Below are positions 51,643-61,775 of a stretch of DNA of 64,000 nt, piece after piece. The translations under genes were made by a program, and so were the position numbers. The notes beneath the pieces are model-generated. The model searched no databases, had not been told where the DNA came from, and was given only the letters and a program-made list of their open reading frames with translations. The number at the start of each line of letters is the position of its first letter. Within the stretch, counting starts at the first letter, position 1. Source of the DNA: an uncultured Actinomycetes bacterium. GTDB taxonomy: Bacteria; SZUA-79; Acidulodesulfobacterales; Acidulodesulfobacteraceae. The stretch lies in NCBI GenBank assembly GCA_964631685.1, contig CAZVZU010000006.1:32001-96000 (forward strand), written 5' to 3'.

Positions 51643-53394
51643 TCAATTGCCTAGTTGTTTAGCAAGAAGATTTTTATAAATACCGTTAATTGCTACCAGT
51701 TCCTCATGGCTTCCGCTCTCAACTACCTCACCGTTTTCTAAAACATACACGATGTCGGCTTTTTTTACGGTTGAAAGTCTGTGAGCAACGATTATGGCAA
51801 TTTTGTCCCTACATAAACCGTGAGGATTTTCTTTGGTTCCAAATAAAGCGCTTTGAATCTCTTTTTCAGACTCGCTATCTAAGGAAGATGTGGCCTCATC
51901 AAGTATAATTATAGGAGCATTTTTCAAAAAAGCCCTGGCAATTAATATTCTCTGTTTCTCGCCTCCCGAAAGCCGAAGTCCGGCTTCGTCGACTAAAGTA
52001 TCGTAGCCCTTAGGCAACTTCGTGATAAAATCATGTGCAAAAGCAAACTTAGAAGCCTGCATTACATCGTCCATATTCTTATTTGAACTTCCATACTCAA
52101 TATTAAACTGAATAGATTCATTAAATAAAACCACCTGCTGTGACACATACGATATACCACCTCTTAAATCCTTTAAATCGAATTCATTGATATTTATTCC
52201 GTTAATCATTATTGCCCCTTTCTCGGGATAATAAAAACGAGGGATTAACATCGTAATAGTACTCTTACCAGCACCTGAATAGCCAACTATGGCTATCGTC
52301 TTGCCCTTTTGAGCCGTAATGTTTATATTTTTTAAATCATAGCTCTCGCTCTCGTTATAACTAAAATAAATATTTTTTATTTCTAAAGTATCAATATTTA
52401 CCGGCAACTGTCGTGTACCACTTGTATTTTCAGCCTCACCGTCTATTACGTCAAAAATCCTCGTTCCTGCAGCAATACCTTCCTGTAGACTATTGTTTAA
52501 GCGAGATAAGCTTTTGACTGGCTCATAAAGTAAAAGAATTGCCGTTAAAAAAGAAAAAAAGTTACCCGGGGTGTAACCAAATTTTATTACCTGTAACCCG
52601 CCTACAAATATGATAAGGGAAATGGAAACGCCGCCTATTAATTCAACAAGTGGCACGGTTAACCCTCTAATTTTGGTCATTCTCATTAAGAATCTGTACA
52701 GATTATCGGATAATTTCTTGAAGCGACCAATCTCCGACTCCTCCATGTTATAAGCCTTTACCGTCCTTAAACTAGATATAGTCTCATCTAAGAACTTGGT
52801 AATATTGCCCACCTCTGTTTGCGTATCTATGCTTGTTTTTCTTGCCTTATTCCCCAGTAATGTAACGGGAATTACAACCACAGGAAACAGTACAAAAACA
52901 ATTATTGCCAGATAAAAATCCATATAAAACACTACAGCTATAAGAACAATTATCGTCAATATGTCCTTCATAACCGCGCTTACTGAATCAGAAACGGTTC
53001 TTTGGATAATATTTATATCGTATGTTATTCTTGCAATCAAAACCCCCGTGGGAATCTTATTTAATTTTGGTACAGGAAATCTTACAATAGCGGAATAGAC
53101 TTCGTCTCTTAGCGTCCTTATTATATTTTGTCCGACACTACCTATATAATAAAATTCTGCATAATAAAAAATATTTTTTACAACAAAAATAGCCATTACG
53201 ACGATGGGGATCAGCATAAGATCTTCATAGCTTTTTGTTATAAATATGTTATTTATAAGAGGCTTGACAATATAAGCAAGAAGCCCTGTCAATGCAGACA
53301 CTATGCCCATACTTATCATTGCCAATATCAGCTTTTTTTTATAAGGGAGCACATATGGAACTAATCTTTTTAAAATATTGAAATCTTTTTTCAT
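51643..53394 (-). CDS. msbA: Lipid A flippase MsbA
   Basis: ABC TMD + NBD (GYSGAGKST, LSGGEKQR, DEATSSLD); between lpxB and waaA. Confidence 0.9.
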   Translation of the reverse strand: MKKDFNILKRLVPYVLPYKKKLILAMISMGIVSALTGLLAYIVKPLINNIFITKSYEDLMLIPIVVMAIFVVKNIFYYAEFYYIGSVGQNIIRTLRDEVYSAIVRFPVPKLNKIPTGVLIARITYDINIIQRTVSDSVSAVMKDILTIIVLIAVVFYMDFYLAIIVFVLFPVVVIPVTLLGNKARKTSIDTQTEVGNITKFLDETISSLRTVKAYNMEESEIGRFKKLSDNLYRFLMRMTKIRGLTVPLVELIGGVSISLIIFVGGLQVIKFGYTPGNFFSFLTAILLLYEPVKSLSRLNNSLQEGIAAGTRIFDVIDGEAENTSGTRQLPVNIDTLEIKNIYFSYNESESYDLKNINITAQKGKTIAIVGYSGAGKSTITMLIPRFYYPEKGAIMINGININEFDLKDLRGGISYVSQQVVLFNESIQFNIEYGSSNKNMDDVMQASKFAFAHDFITKLPKGYDTLVDEAGLRLSGGEKQRILIARAFLKNAPIIILDEATSSLDSESEKEIQSALFGTKENPHGLCRDKIAIIVAHRLSTVKKADIVYVLENGEVVESGSHEELVAINGIYKNLLAKQLGN

Positions 53395-53425
53395 AGTATT
53401 TTTACTCTATCTATTACATTAGGGA

Positions 53426-54562
53426 TTAAGCATCTTTTAAAAGTTTATTATATATTATATTAGCCGACGCCTCAAATGGGTCAACATCTGTCCTTAAAGA
53501 TGCAATTATATCAGAAATTCCATCTACAATAGAATTTTTATAATGATCATCCTTTAAAATTTTGTCTATCTCTTGAAAAACATTTTTAGGTGTAAATTTT
53601 AATTCTATAAGTTCTGGAACAACCATTTTATTTGCCATTATATTAATGAGCCCAATATATTTAATCTTGACTAAAGCCTTAGCTATTAGATATGTCAGAA
53701 AATTTAAATAATATACTATCACTACCGGTTTTTTGTAAAATCCTGCTTCTAGAGATGCCGTTCCGCTTGCCGCCACTATTATGTTACTTGAAGTCAACGC
53801 AGAGTCGACCGAGTCAACAACGGCATACCAATCATGCGGTATATTCTTTTTTTCTAAAATACTCATAAAATAAGAAGTCTTGATTCCTTTTCTAAACGGA
53901 AATAAAAAAAAAGCGTTTTTATAAACAGCTTTTATTAGCCTCAAGGAACCGACTATGCGGTTTGCATGATATTTAAGCTCGGTTTTTCTGGAACCGGGCA
54001 AGAATGAAATTATAGGATAATTATCCTTTTTTTCATCTTTTAATTTTATGGTGTGTTCGTATATAGACCGGTATAAAGGATTACCGAAGTAGTACGCCTC
54101 AATACCTGCTTTTTTATAAATTTCAAGCTCGAATGGAAAAATAACAATAACAAATTCAATATATTTTTTTATAAAATTAATCCTTTTATATCTTGATGCC
54201 CATATTTTAGGAGGGATAAAATAAACCACAGGAATATTTAATCTACTGGCAAATTTTGCTATTTTAAAGTTAAAAGAAGGGGAATCTACTAATATAACAA
54301 TATCGGGTTTATTTATACTTATCCATTTTAAGATAGTTTCCAGAACCCTTTTTATTGTTTTTATTCTACATATAACCTCAGTGAAGCCCATAACAGCTAA
54401 CTCACCAATGTCCGCAATTAACTCCACATCTTCGGATTTAAGATTTTCTCCTCCCATTGCATGATATGATGTCTCGGGATTAATTTTTTTAAGATGTTTA
54501 ATCAAACCCGCAGCAAATATATCTCCTGAGAGTTCACCTGTAATAATAAGTACTTTTGTCAA
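53426..54562 (-). CDS. lpxB: Lipid-A-disaccharide synthase
   Basis: GELSGD, VDSPSFN, PKIWA, LPGSR, SGTASLE, VPELI. Confidence 0.95.
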   Translation of the reverse strand: MTKVLIITGELSGDIFAAGLIKHLKKINPETSYHAMGGENLKSEDVELIADIGELAVMGFTEVICRIKTIKRVLETILKWISINKPDIVILVDSPSFNFKIAKFASRLNIPVVYFIPPKIWASRYKRINFIKKYIEFVIVIFPFELEIYKKAGIEAYYFGNPLYRSIYEHTIKLKDEKKDNYPIISFLPGSRKTELKYHANRIVGSLRLIKAVYKNAFFLFPFRKGIKTSYFMSILEKKNIPHDWYAVVDSVDSALTSSNIIVAASGTASLEAGFYKKPVVIVYYLNFLTYLIAKALVKIKYIGLINIMANKMVVPELIELKFTPKNVFQEIDKILKDDHYKNSIVDGISDIIASLRTDVDPFEASANIIYNKLLKDA

Positions 54563-54588
54563 TTTTTCGCCTAGACTTAATACAAAAT

Positions 54589-55392
54589 TTAGATTACATA
54601 TACCGAAATAGACGATTTATTTGCTTTCCTAATAAACTCTTCTTTGTGCAAGACAATCGTGTTGGCTTCAAATGCCAAACAAGTGGCACCAACTGATATA
54701 AGCGCATCTACTGTACTGCCACCGACCGCCGGAACATCAAATCTTAAATCTTGGTTGGGTTTATTTACCTTTACAACGACAGCCCCGCCATTAGCAAGCC
54801 TACCACCTCTAACAATAGCATCATCTGTTCCCTCTATCGCTTCCAATGCCATAACAGACTTATCCTTCACTACTGCAGTTTGTCCGATATCTGCAGAAGA
54901 AATCAACCTTGCAGCACATAGCCCAAACTCTATATCTTCCATCTCTTTTTTATTAGGACTTCGCTTAGACACAACACCTTTGGGCAAAAAAATAGACGTG
55001 AGAAGCTCTGTTTGTGGAATAACAACTATGCCCTCCTTCTCAAAAAAGTCGCAAATTGCATTCAAAATGGTGTCATCTTTTTTATCCTTAAGCGACAAAA
55101 GAAGCGCGATAGCCTTTAAATCTGGTTTTATTTTTTTGAACATAAGGGTTTTTTTGACCTTGCCCGCCATAATTACATCCCTTACGCCTTCCGTTTTAAA
55201 AAATTTTACCAGCTTCCCCAACTGTCCGACACTTAAATAAATAATGGAATCCGCTTCGTCTGCTAACTTCTTATTTGCTTCTTCTTCTATTGCGCAAACC
55301 TTTACGGAATACCCCTTAGATTTAAGTTCATTGATGTATATAGAAGGAAATTCTCCATAACCTGCAATTATTCCAATATTTTTATCTTCCAT
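54589..55392 (-). CDS. lpxI: UDP-2,3-diacylglucosamine diphosphatase LpxI
   Basis: GIIAGYG.FP, DIGQTAVV, LEAIEGTD, QDLRFDVPAVG. Confidence 0.93.
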   Translation of the reverse strand: MEDKNIGIIAGYGEFPSIYINELKSKGYSVKVCAIEEEANKKLADEADSIIYLSVGQLGKLVKFFKTEGVRDVIMAGKVKKTLMFKKIKPDLKAIALLLSLKDKKDDTILNAICDFFEKEGIVVIPQTELLTSIFLPKGVVSKRSPNKKEMEDIEFGLCAARLISSADIGQTAVVKDKSVMALEAIEGTDDAIVRGGRLANGGAVVVKVNKPNQDLRFDVPAVGGSTVDALISVGATCLAFEANTIVLHKEEFIRKANKSSISVYVI

Positions 55393-55401
55393 AAATTAAT
55401 G

Positions 55402-56172
55402 CTATCTCGTTATGCCCCTCTTAGATTTTTTGATAAAATCAGTGAACTTCTCTGTTTTATCCGAATCGGTAATCTCTGAAGAGATTTTTTCAATGGCTAT
55501 CTTGGCGGTCACTTTCGACCTATAAACTATCTTGAAGGCATTTTTAATATTGTTTATTTCTTTTTTAGAAAAACCTCTCCTCTCTAAACCAATCCTGTTA
55601 ACCCCATATATCTTCGCCCTGTCTCCCGAGGCGATAAGATAGGGAGGTACATCCTGAACAACCATTGAACCGCCGGCAATTAATGCAGACTCACCTACCC
55701 TCACAAACTGATGAATAGCACAAATGCCTCCCAGTAAAGCATAATCGTGGATCTCGATGTGTCCTGCCAACGTCGCATTATTCGCAAAAATGGTATGACT
55801 GCCTATAATGCAATCATGTGCCACATGAACATGCATCATAAATAAGTTATAATCGCCTACAGCCGTAACCCCGCCACCGGTAACCGTACCTATGTTAAAT
55901 GTAGCATATTCTCGTATAGTATTATTATTTCCTATAACAAGTTTTGTATTTTCTCCCTTATATTTAAGATCTTGCGGGATAGAACCTATTGAAGCAAATT
56001 GAAATATTTTATTATTATCCCCAATGGTCGTATTTCCTTCAATCACGACATGGGAAGCAATTTTATTGTTTCTTCCTATCTTCACATTAGGTTTAATAAC
56101 AGTATACGGTCCTATATCCGTTGAATCATCAATCTGGGCACCTTCATAAATAATAGCAGTTTTGTCAATCAT
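55402..56172 (-). CDS. lpxA: UDP-N-acetylglucosamine acyltransferase
   Basis: Hexapeptide repeats, PQDLKYKGE, HVAHDC, LAGH, HQFVRVG. Confidence 0.96.
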   Translation of the reverse strand: MIDKTAIIYEGAQIDDSTDIGPYTVIKPNVKIGRNNKIASHVVIEGNTTIGDNNKIFQFASIGSIPQDLKYKGENTKLVIGNNNTIREYATFNIGTVTGGGVTAVGDYNLFMMHVHVAHDCIIGSHTIFANNATLAGHIEIHDYALLGGICAIHQFVRVGESALIAGGSMVVQDVPPYLIASGDRAKIYGVNRIGLERRGFSKKEINNIKNAFKIVYRSKVTAKIAIEKISSEITDSDKTEKFTDFIKKSKRGITR

Positions 56173-56197
56173 AAATCCCTTTATCCCTTGAATGCAA

Positions 56198-56665
56198 TTA
56201 CGGTTTTATAAAAGAAGCCATAAGATCTGCTTCGGCACATAGTTTCTCATCAACTAACGCTTTACCATGAAACACCCAAACAGACTGCTTTCTTTTAACA
56301 AGTTCCACATTTAAAACGATTACACTTCCGGGCAAGATAGGCTTCCTAAATCTTGCTTTATCAATACCCATAAAATAAGTCAGCATATTTTTGAGGTCGC
56401 TATCCTCTTCAGTTTTATATGCAAGAATCCCTCCTGCCTGAGCTAACGCTTCCAAAATAAGCACTCCAGGCATAACCGGATAGGACGGAAAGTGCCCCTG
56501 AAAAAATGGCTCATTAATTGTGGTGTTTTTAATCGCGACAATAGATTTCCCCTTTTCTATAGCTATAACCTTATCTACCATAAGAAAAGGAAACCTGTGA
56601 GGCAGAAGATTCAATATCTCTTGTATATCCATAACGGTTAAATTTGAAGACTTTTCATCAATCAT
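56198..56665 (-). CDS. fabZ: 3-hydroxyacyl-ACP dehydratase
   Basis: LPHRFPFLMVD, EPFFQGHFP, MPGVLILEALAQ. Confidence 0.97.
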   Translation of the reverse strand: MIDEKSSNLTVMDIQEILNLLPHRFPFLMVDKVIAIEKGKSIVAIKNTTINEPFFQGHFPSYPVMPGVLILEALAQAGGILAYKTEEDSDLKNMLTYFMGIDKARFRKPILPGSVIVLNVELVKRKQSVWVFHGKALVDEKLCAEADLMASFIKP

Positions 56666-57707
56666 TTTTAAATCCTCTATTTTTTTCGATATCCCTTATT
56701 CTTTTAAAAAGCTCGGGAAGTTTTTTAAATAATACAACGGAACTACGCCAATTTTTAATAGGAATAGCGGGTGTGCCAGATACAATATCATTATTCCTTA
56801 CGTTATTGACCACACCGGATTGCGCAGCAACCACAACACCATTGCCGATCTTAATGTGCCCCGTTATGCCGACCTGTCCTCCTATCGTCACATTATCACC
56901 TATAGTTGTGCTACCTGCAATGCCCGTTTGCGCTGCAATAACGCAGTTGTCACCGATAATCACATTATGTGCAATCTGCACTAAATTATCCACCTTGGTA
57001 CCCTTGCCTATTTTGGTAAAATCCGTAACGCCTCTATCCACTGCAACATTGGCCCCCAATTCCACATCGTCTTCCAAGACAGCATAACCTGAATGAATAA
57101 TTTTTACGTATTTATTCTTATCTCTGGCGTAACCAAATCCATCGCTCCCAACAACTGAGCCGGAGTGGATTATACAATTGTTTCCTATTTTAGAATTATC
57201 ATAAACAGAAACATTAGGGTAAATCACGACATTATCCCCAATAGAAACATTTTTACCAACAAAAACATTTCCCATTACATTACAATTTGCCCCCAGAGAT
57301 GATCCGGCATCTATAAAAACACCCGGATACAACGTGGATCCCTTACCTACTGATACAGTTTTATCTACATTTGCGAGATTTAAAAAATCGCCTGAGAACG
57401 TTTTGGTTGAACGATTCCCCGAATAAAACAGTTGCGTTGCCCTTGCAAATGCTAAATATGGATTTTTTGAATTAAGTATAAGAGGATTTACAACCGAGGG
57501 GAGCTCTTGTTTTAAAGCCTCGTAATCCATAATCACTGCGCAAGCCCGCGTTGTTTCGATGTATTTAAGATACTTTAGATTCATAATAAACGAAATCTCA
57601 GTATCCTTGGCCCCTCTTAGCGATCCTATGCCCGTTACGGTTACATCTTTAGACGAATCGCCGATAACCCCTAATGACAGCTTTTTAACTATATCGTTCA
57701 ATAGCAT
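56658..57707 (-). CDS. lpxD: UDP-3-O-acylglucosamine N-acyltransferase
   Basis: NPYLAFA, GSDGFGY, TKVDNLVQIAHNV, GIAGS. Confidence 0.96.
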   Translation of the reverse strand: MLLNDIVKKLSLGVIGDSSKDVTVTGIGSLRGAKDTEISFIMNLKYLKYIETTRACAVIMDYEALKQELPSVVNPLILNSKNPYLAFARATQLFYSGNRSTKTFSGDFLNLANVDKTVSVGKGSTLYPGVFIDAGSSLGANCNVMGNVFVGKNVSIGDNVVIYPNVSVYDNSKIGNNCIIHSGSVVGSDGFGYARDKNKYVKIIHSGYAVLEDDVELGANVAVDRGVTDFTKIGKGTKVDNLVQIAHNVIIGDNCVIAAQTGIAGSTTIGDNVTIGGQVGITGHIKIGNGVVVAAQSGVVNNVRNNDIVSGTPAIPIKNWRSSVVLFKKLPELFKRIRDIEKNRGFKND

Positions 57708-57723
57708 AGTTATTTAAATTTAT

Positions 57724-58251
57724 TTATTGCGAGTCCATTTTCTTTAGCACTTCATTAGTGATATTGATTGAGTCCACGCTGTAAACAACGCTTGTGCGAT
57801 TGATGACAAGCAGATATCCGCTATTCTTTGCTATTTTTGCTATAATTGCATCTGCCCTATTAACTACAGCCTTTAAAAGCTGATATCTCTTTTTAATAAC
57901 TGCGGCCCTGATATCTTTTTCCTCTGTCGTAAATTGCGATATATCAGTTTCGAATTCTTTTGTCTTTGCTGTTTTTTCCGTAGCAGACATTACAGAACTG
58001 TTTTGCTTCAAATCTGTTTGAATCGACGCAATTTTCTTCCTCATTTTCATTAGCTTACCTCTGTACCCTGTAACTAAATCCTTTAACTTGGAATTAGCCT
58101 TCTCGCCTTGTTTAGACTTTGATATAATAGTTTGCATATTAATTACGGCAACCTTTAGATTTGTTGCCCGCACATTCTTTGGAAAGACTAGAACTACGGC
58201 GAGCAAGAACAATCCAACCGTGAAGCTCGAATTAAAAATCAATTTTTTCAT
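57724..58251 (-). CDS. skp: Periplasmic chaperone Skp/OmpH
   Basis: Signal peptide, KVAVINMQ, coiled coil, NITNEVLK; between bamA and lpxD. Confidence 0.88.
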   Translation of the reverse strand: MKKLIFNSSFTVGLFLLAVVLVFPKNVRATNLKVAVINMQTIISKSKQGEKANSKLKDLVTGYRGKLMKMRKKIASIQTDLKQNSSVMSATEKTAKTKEFETDISQFTTEEKDIRAAVIKKRYQLLKAVVNRADAIIAKIAKNSGYLLVINRTSVVYSVDSINITNEVLKKMDSQ

Positions 58252-58282
58252 AAAATCTCCTTATTTTTTTATTTTTTTATTA

Positions 58283-61030
58283 CTAAATACCCGGGAATCC
58301 CTCACCCAGGCTAAACTGAATTCTGGTAGGATTATTTCCGTTTTTGGGCGTTCCTAGTATTTTGCCGTAAGTCATTATTATTGGACCAAATGGTGAATAC
58401 CAGTTAAAGCCCACCCCCGCCGCCTGAACAAGATTAAGCGGGAATACAGATTCGCCGTGTTGCCACGCATTACCGGCATTCCACCACAAGAATCCGTATA
58501 AACCAGCCCTTTTAAGGATGGGTACTAAATATTTTATCTGAACCGTAAGCATCTTAGACCCACCGACAAGTAAGCCGTTTTGCGTTGGACCCACAGAATC
58601 GTACATAAACCCTAAAAGAGGATACACATTCGTAATACCCCCAACGAAAAATCTTTTGTATATAGGTAATGCAGAAGAAGACCTAGTTGAGACAATATAA
58701 CCCATCTGAGCCCCTTGCATTAAAGATGTTCCTCCCCATAAAGGAATATAATGATTCAAGTGCAATAAAACCTTAACAAAATCGTCATTACCGCCTATAG
58801 GATGACCGGCAAAGCTGACTTTAAAACTATCCAGATCGCCTGCGGTCGGAGCCATAGAATTATTCAGCGTATTATAAACCGTTGTCAAGGAAATTTCGCT
58901 TGTTATCATCGTTCCCTGAGACAGAATATTGGAAAGACCCGGTATTACAACAGACGTGTTTTCATCCAAAAGATACTTGACATATTCCGTAAGCATCCTT
59001 CCGTAAAGCGGATAGCCCAATGTTACGGAACCGCCGACGGAACGATAGGCAAACTCAGAATAAAGGCTATTAAACGTGTCATATAAAGACATATCAAATG
59101 ATAATGGCCTATTAAAAATATACGCAAGATATGGTTGACGGACATTAAAGCTGTACGACTGATAAGGACCGCCGATTTGAATATTTAAAGAGGCGGATAT
59201 GCCCATTCCGAATAAATTTGCCTCGGATACGGATGATATTGCCATGAAAGAAGTAGCAGAGCTATAACCACCGCCAATAGTAAACTTACCGGTATTCCCC
59301 TCTTTAACACCAATCCTTACATTAAGTATATTTTTATTTGGAACCTTTTCCGTAGTAATGGTTACATGTTTAAAATATCGCAGGCTTTTTAAAGCCTGTC
59401 GGGATAATTTTATCAGTTCGGGATTATATACCTCGCCGGGATACAGCCTGAGAGCTCTAAGTATCACATAACTGTACGTCATGGTATTTCCGGTTATAGT
59501 AATTTTACCAAATCTCGCAATCTTTCCTTTATCAACAGTCAGCTTAACCAACACGGAATTTGTCTTCCGGTTAATTTTTATTGCCGGCTCAACATTAACG
59601 AAAGCATACCCTCCGCTCGTATAAAGCTTGGTAATTGTAAGTATTTCTTTTTCTATATCTTTTCTATTGAATATGTCTCCCGCTTTTGTCGTTATAAGAT
59701 TTTTAACAGCAACATATTCTTTTGATCCCTTTTTGACATGTTTTATTTCAAGATTAACATTTGATATTTTATATTGCGGGCCCTCAACAACCCTTATAAC
59801 TATAGTGACATATTTCTTGTTTTTAGAAAAAATGAATACCGGTTTTTTAACGCTGACACCTATGTAGCCGTGATTATAATAAAAACTTAACAGCGCGATA
59901 ATTTGATTATTCAGTTTCGCTTTCTTAAACTTTCCTTCACCCGTTATCCATGTTAACAAGCCAACCGTCTTTATGCTAAGCACGGATTTAAGTTTTGACG
60001 AAGTAAAAGAGCTATTGCCTTTAAATTCAATCTTTTTAACCATAACAGGCGAATTTTCACTGATAAGGAAACTAATGCCTACATAGTTACCATGAAAGAT
60101 TGTCTTTTTTACCTTTACCTTTGCATTATAATATCCTTCTGCCGAATATATAAATTCAATAATTTTCAGCGCCTTATGTATATCGTAAGAACTATAGGGC
60201 GAGTTAACCTTAAGATTTATTATCCTTTTAATCTTCTTTAAACTCACGGATCCGTTGCCGGAATATTTAATGTATTTAATATACGGTCTCTCAGAAACCA
60301 TAAATGTTACTATTAATCCTTTATTTGACATAGGACTAACATTAACCGTTATCTCCTTGAAATAACCCGTTTTATAAAGTTTTTTAAGGCTCTCGTCAAT
60401 TTCTTTAACAGAGTATTTGCTGCCTCTTTTTATGGTAATTTTATTAGTTATAAACCCGATGCCAACCCTTACGTTGCCTTTTATTCTTATGGCGTATATT
60501 TCTCTTGAAACAGAAAGCGACTTTTTGATTGTATTTGCTCTTTGACCACCATAAATCAGCAGGGATACCTTTTTGGATAGAGCTCGTATGCTTTTCTCTA
60601 AAGACTTTTTGCCTACGCCCGTATATTTTAACGTTTTAGAGTTATAAACGTCATTAGCCTTAATCAACATTGCATGAATATTATAATGGGACCCAAATTT
60701 AGCAATACTGCCCGTTACAATATAATTCGATTGATATGCTTTGCCGAGCTTTTTTATTTCGGCAAGATTCATATTTCTATCAAAATTAAAATACGGCTTT
60801 TTTTTGAGGCTTGTGTATGCCAAAACAAAGTATGGCTTTTTAGAGTTGATATATGCCTCAAAAGCAGAGGTAAACGATTTGTTAATTTTTTCTAATGTGG
60901 GAATTCCTTTTTGATGGAAAAAACCGGCGTAAACATTTTTATTGCTTAATAAAGCATAAACATTTATGGAATTAAAAAAGATAATTACCGAAATAAAAAG
61001 GAAGAAAAGATACAGTTTGAAAAATTTCAT
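58283..61030 (-). CDS. bamA: Outer membrane protein assembly factor BamA with N-terminal extension
   Basis: POTRA repeats (GN.., LYKTGYF, FYYNHGY, GYAF), beta-barrel with NWYSPFGPI; usual context. Confidence 0.93.
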   Translation of the reverse strand: MKFFKLYLFFLFISVIIFFNSINVYALLSNKNVYAGFFHQKGIPTLEKINKSFTSAFEAYINSKKPYFVLAYTSLKKKPYFNFDRNMNLAEIKKLGKAYQSNYIVTGSIAKFGSHYNIHAMLIKANDVYNSKTLKYTGVGKKSLEKSIRALSKKVSLLIYGGQRANTIKKSLSVSREIYAIRIKGNVRVGIGFITNKITIKRGSKYSVKEIDESLKKLYKTGYFKEITVNVSPMSNKGLIVTFMVSERPYIKYIKYSGNGSVSLKKIKRIINLKVNSPYSSYDIHKALKIIEFIYSAEGYYNAKVKVKKTIFHGNYVGISFLISENSPVMVKKIEFKGNSSFTSSKLKSVLSIKTVGLLTWITGEGKFKKAKLNNQIIALLSFYYNHGYIGVSVKKPVFIFSKNKKYVTIVIRVVEGPQYKISNVNLEIKHVKKGSKEYVAVKNLITTKAGDIFNRKDIEKEILTITKLYTSGGYAFVNVEPAIKINRKTNSVLVKLTVDKGKIARFGKITITGNTMTYSYVILRALRLYPGEVYNPELIKLSRQALKSLRYFKHVTITTEKVPNKNILNVRIGVKEGNTGKFTIGGGYSSATSFMAISSVSEANLFGMGISASLNIQIGGPYQSYSFNVRQPYLAYIFNRPLSFDMSLYDTFNSLYSEFAYRSVGGSVTLGYPLYGRMLTEYVKYLLDENTSVVIPGLSNILSQGTMITSEISLTTVYNTLNNSMAPTAGDLDSFKVSFAGHPIGGNDDFVKVLLHLNHYIPLWGGTSLMQGAQMGYIVSTRSSSALPIYKRFFVGGITNVYPLLGFMYDSVGPTQNGLLVGGSKMLTVQIKYLVPILKRAGLYGFLWWNAGNAWQHGESVFPLNLVQAAGVGFNWYSPFGPIIMTYGKILGTPKNGNNPTRIQFSLGEGFPGI

Positions 61031-61082
61031 TTTATTAACCTATCAAATAATAAATCATATGTCAATTTGTTTTATATCGAAC

Positions 61083-61775
61083 TTATACATGTTCTATCAA
61101 ACCGCTCACTATTTTAATTTTATGACTCATCATTCCGGAAAATTCGTCATCATGAGTAACGACAACCAGCGTTTTGTTGTATTTTTTATTTAGATTGATG
61201 ATAATCTCATGCAACTTTCTCGCATGCAGAGGGTCTAAATTGCCCGTCGGCTCATCCATTAAAACAACCCTCGGAGAGCAAATAAGCGCCCTTGCTATTG
61301 CCGCCCTTTGTTGTTCGCCACCCGAAAGCATATAGGGCTTAAAATTCAACCTATGTTCAAGCCCAAGTTCGCACAGATAATCACGCGCAATTTTGAGAGA
61401 TTCCGCCTTCGGATTATTTCTTATATATAATGGCATGGCAACATTCTCTATACAACTAAATTCATTTAAGAGGTAATGAAACTGAAAAACAAAACCTATA
61501 TTTTCATTGCGAAATTTTGAAAGCCTTGCATCCGTGAGTCCATATATGTCCGGATTAGCAAAATATCCTATGCTTCCTGAATCTGGCCTTAAAATGGTCC
61601 CCATGATATGAAGCAGGGTACTTTTCCCAGTCCCGGACTCACCAGTTATCGCAAAGGCCTCCCCCTCTTTTATTTCCAGATCAGCTTCATTTAGGATATT
61701 AACGGTTTCACCGCCTGTTTTGTATACCTTGCTTACATTTTTTAAATTTATAATTGTTTTACAATCTTTATTCAT
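61083..61775 (-). CDS. lolD: Lipoprotein-releasing ABC ATPase
   Basis: GESGTGKSTLLH, GFVFQFHYLL, LSGGEQQR, DEPTGNLD. Confidence 0.93.
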   Translation of the reverse strand: MNKDCKTIINLKNVSKVYKTGGETVNILNEADLEIKEGEAFAITGESGTGKSTLLHIMGTILRPDSGSIGYFANPDIYGLTDARLSKFRNENIGFVFQFHYLLNEFSCIENVAMPLYIRNNPKAESLKIARDYLCELGLEHRLNFKPYMLSGGEQQRAAIARALICSPRVVLMDEPTGNLDPLHARKLHEIIINLNKKYNKTLVVVTHDDEFSGMMSHKIKIVSGLIEHV

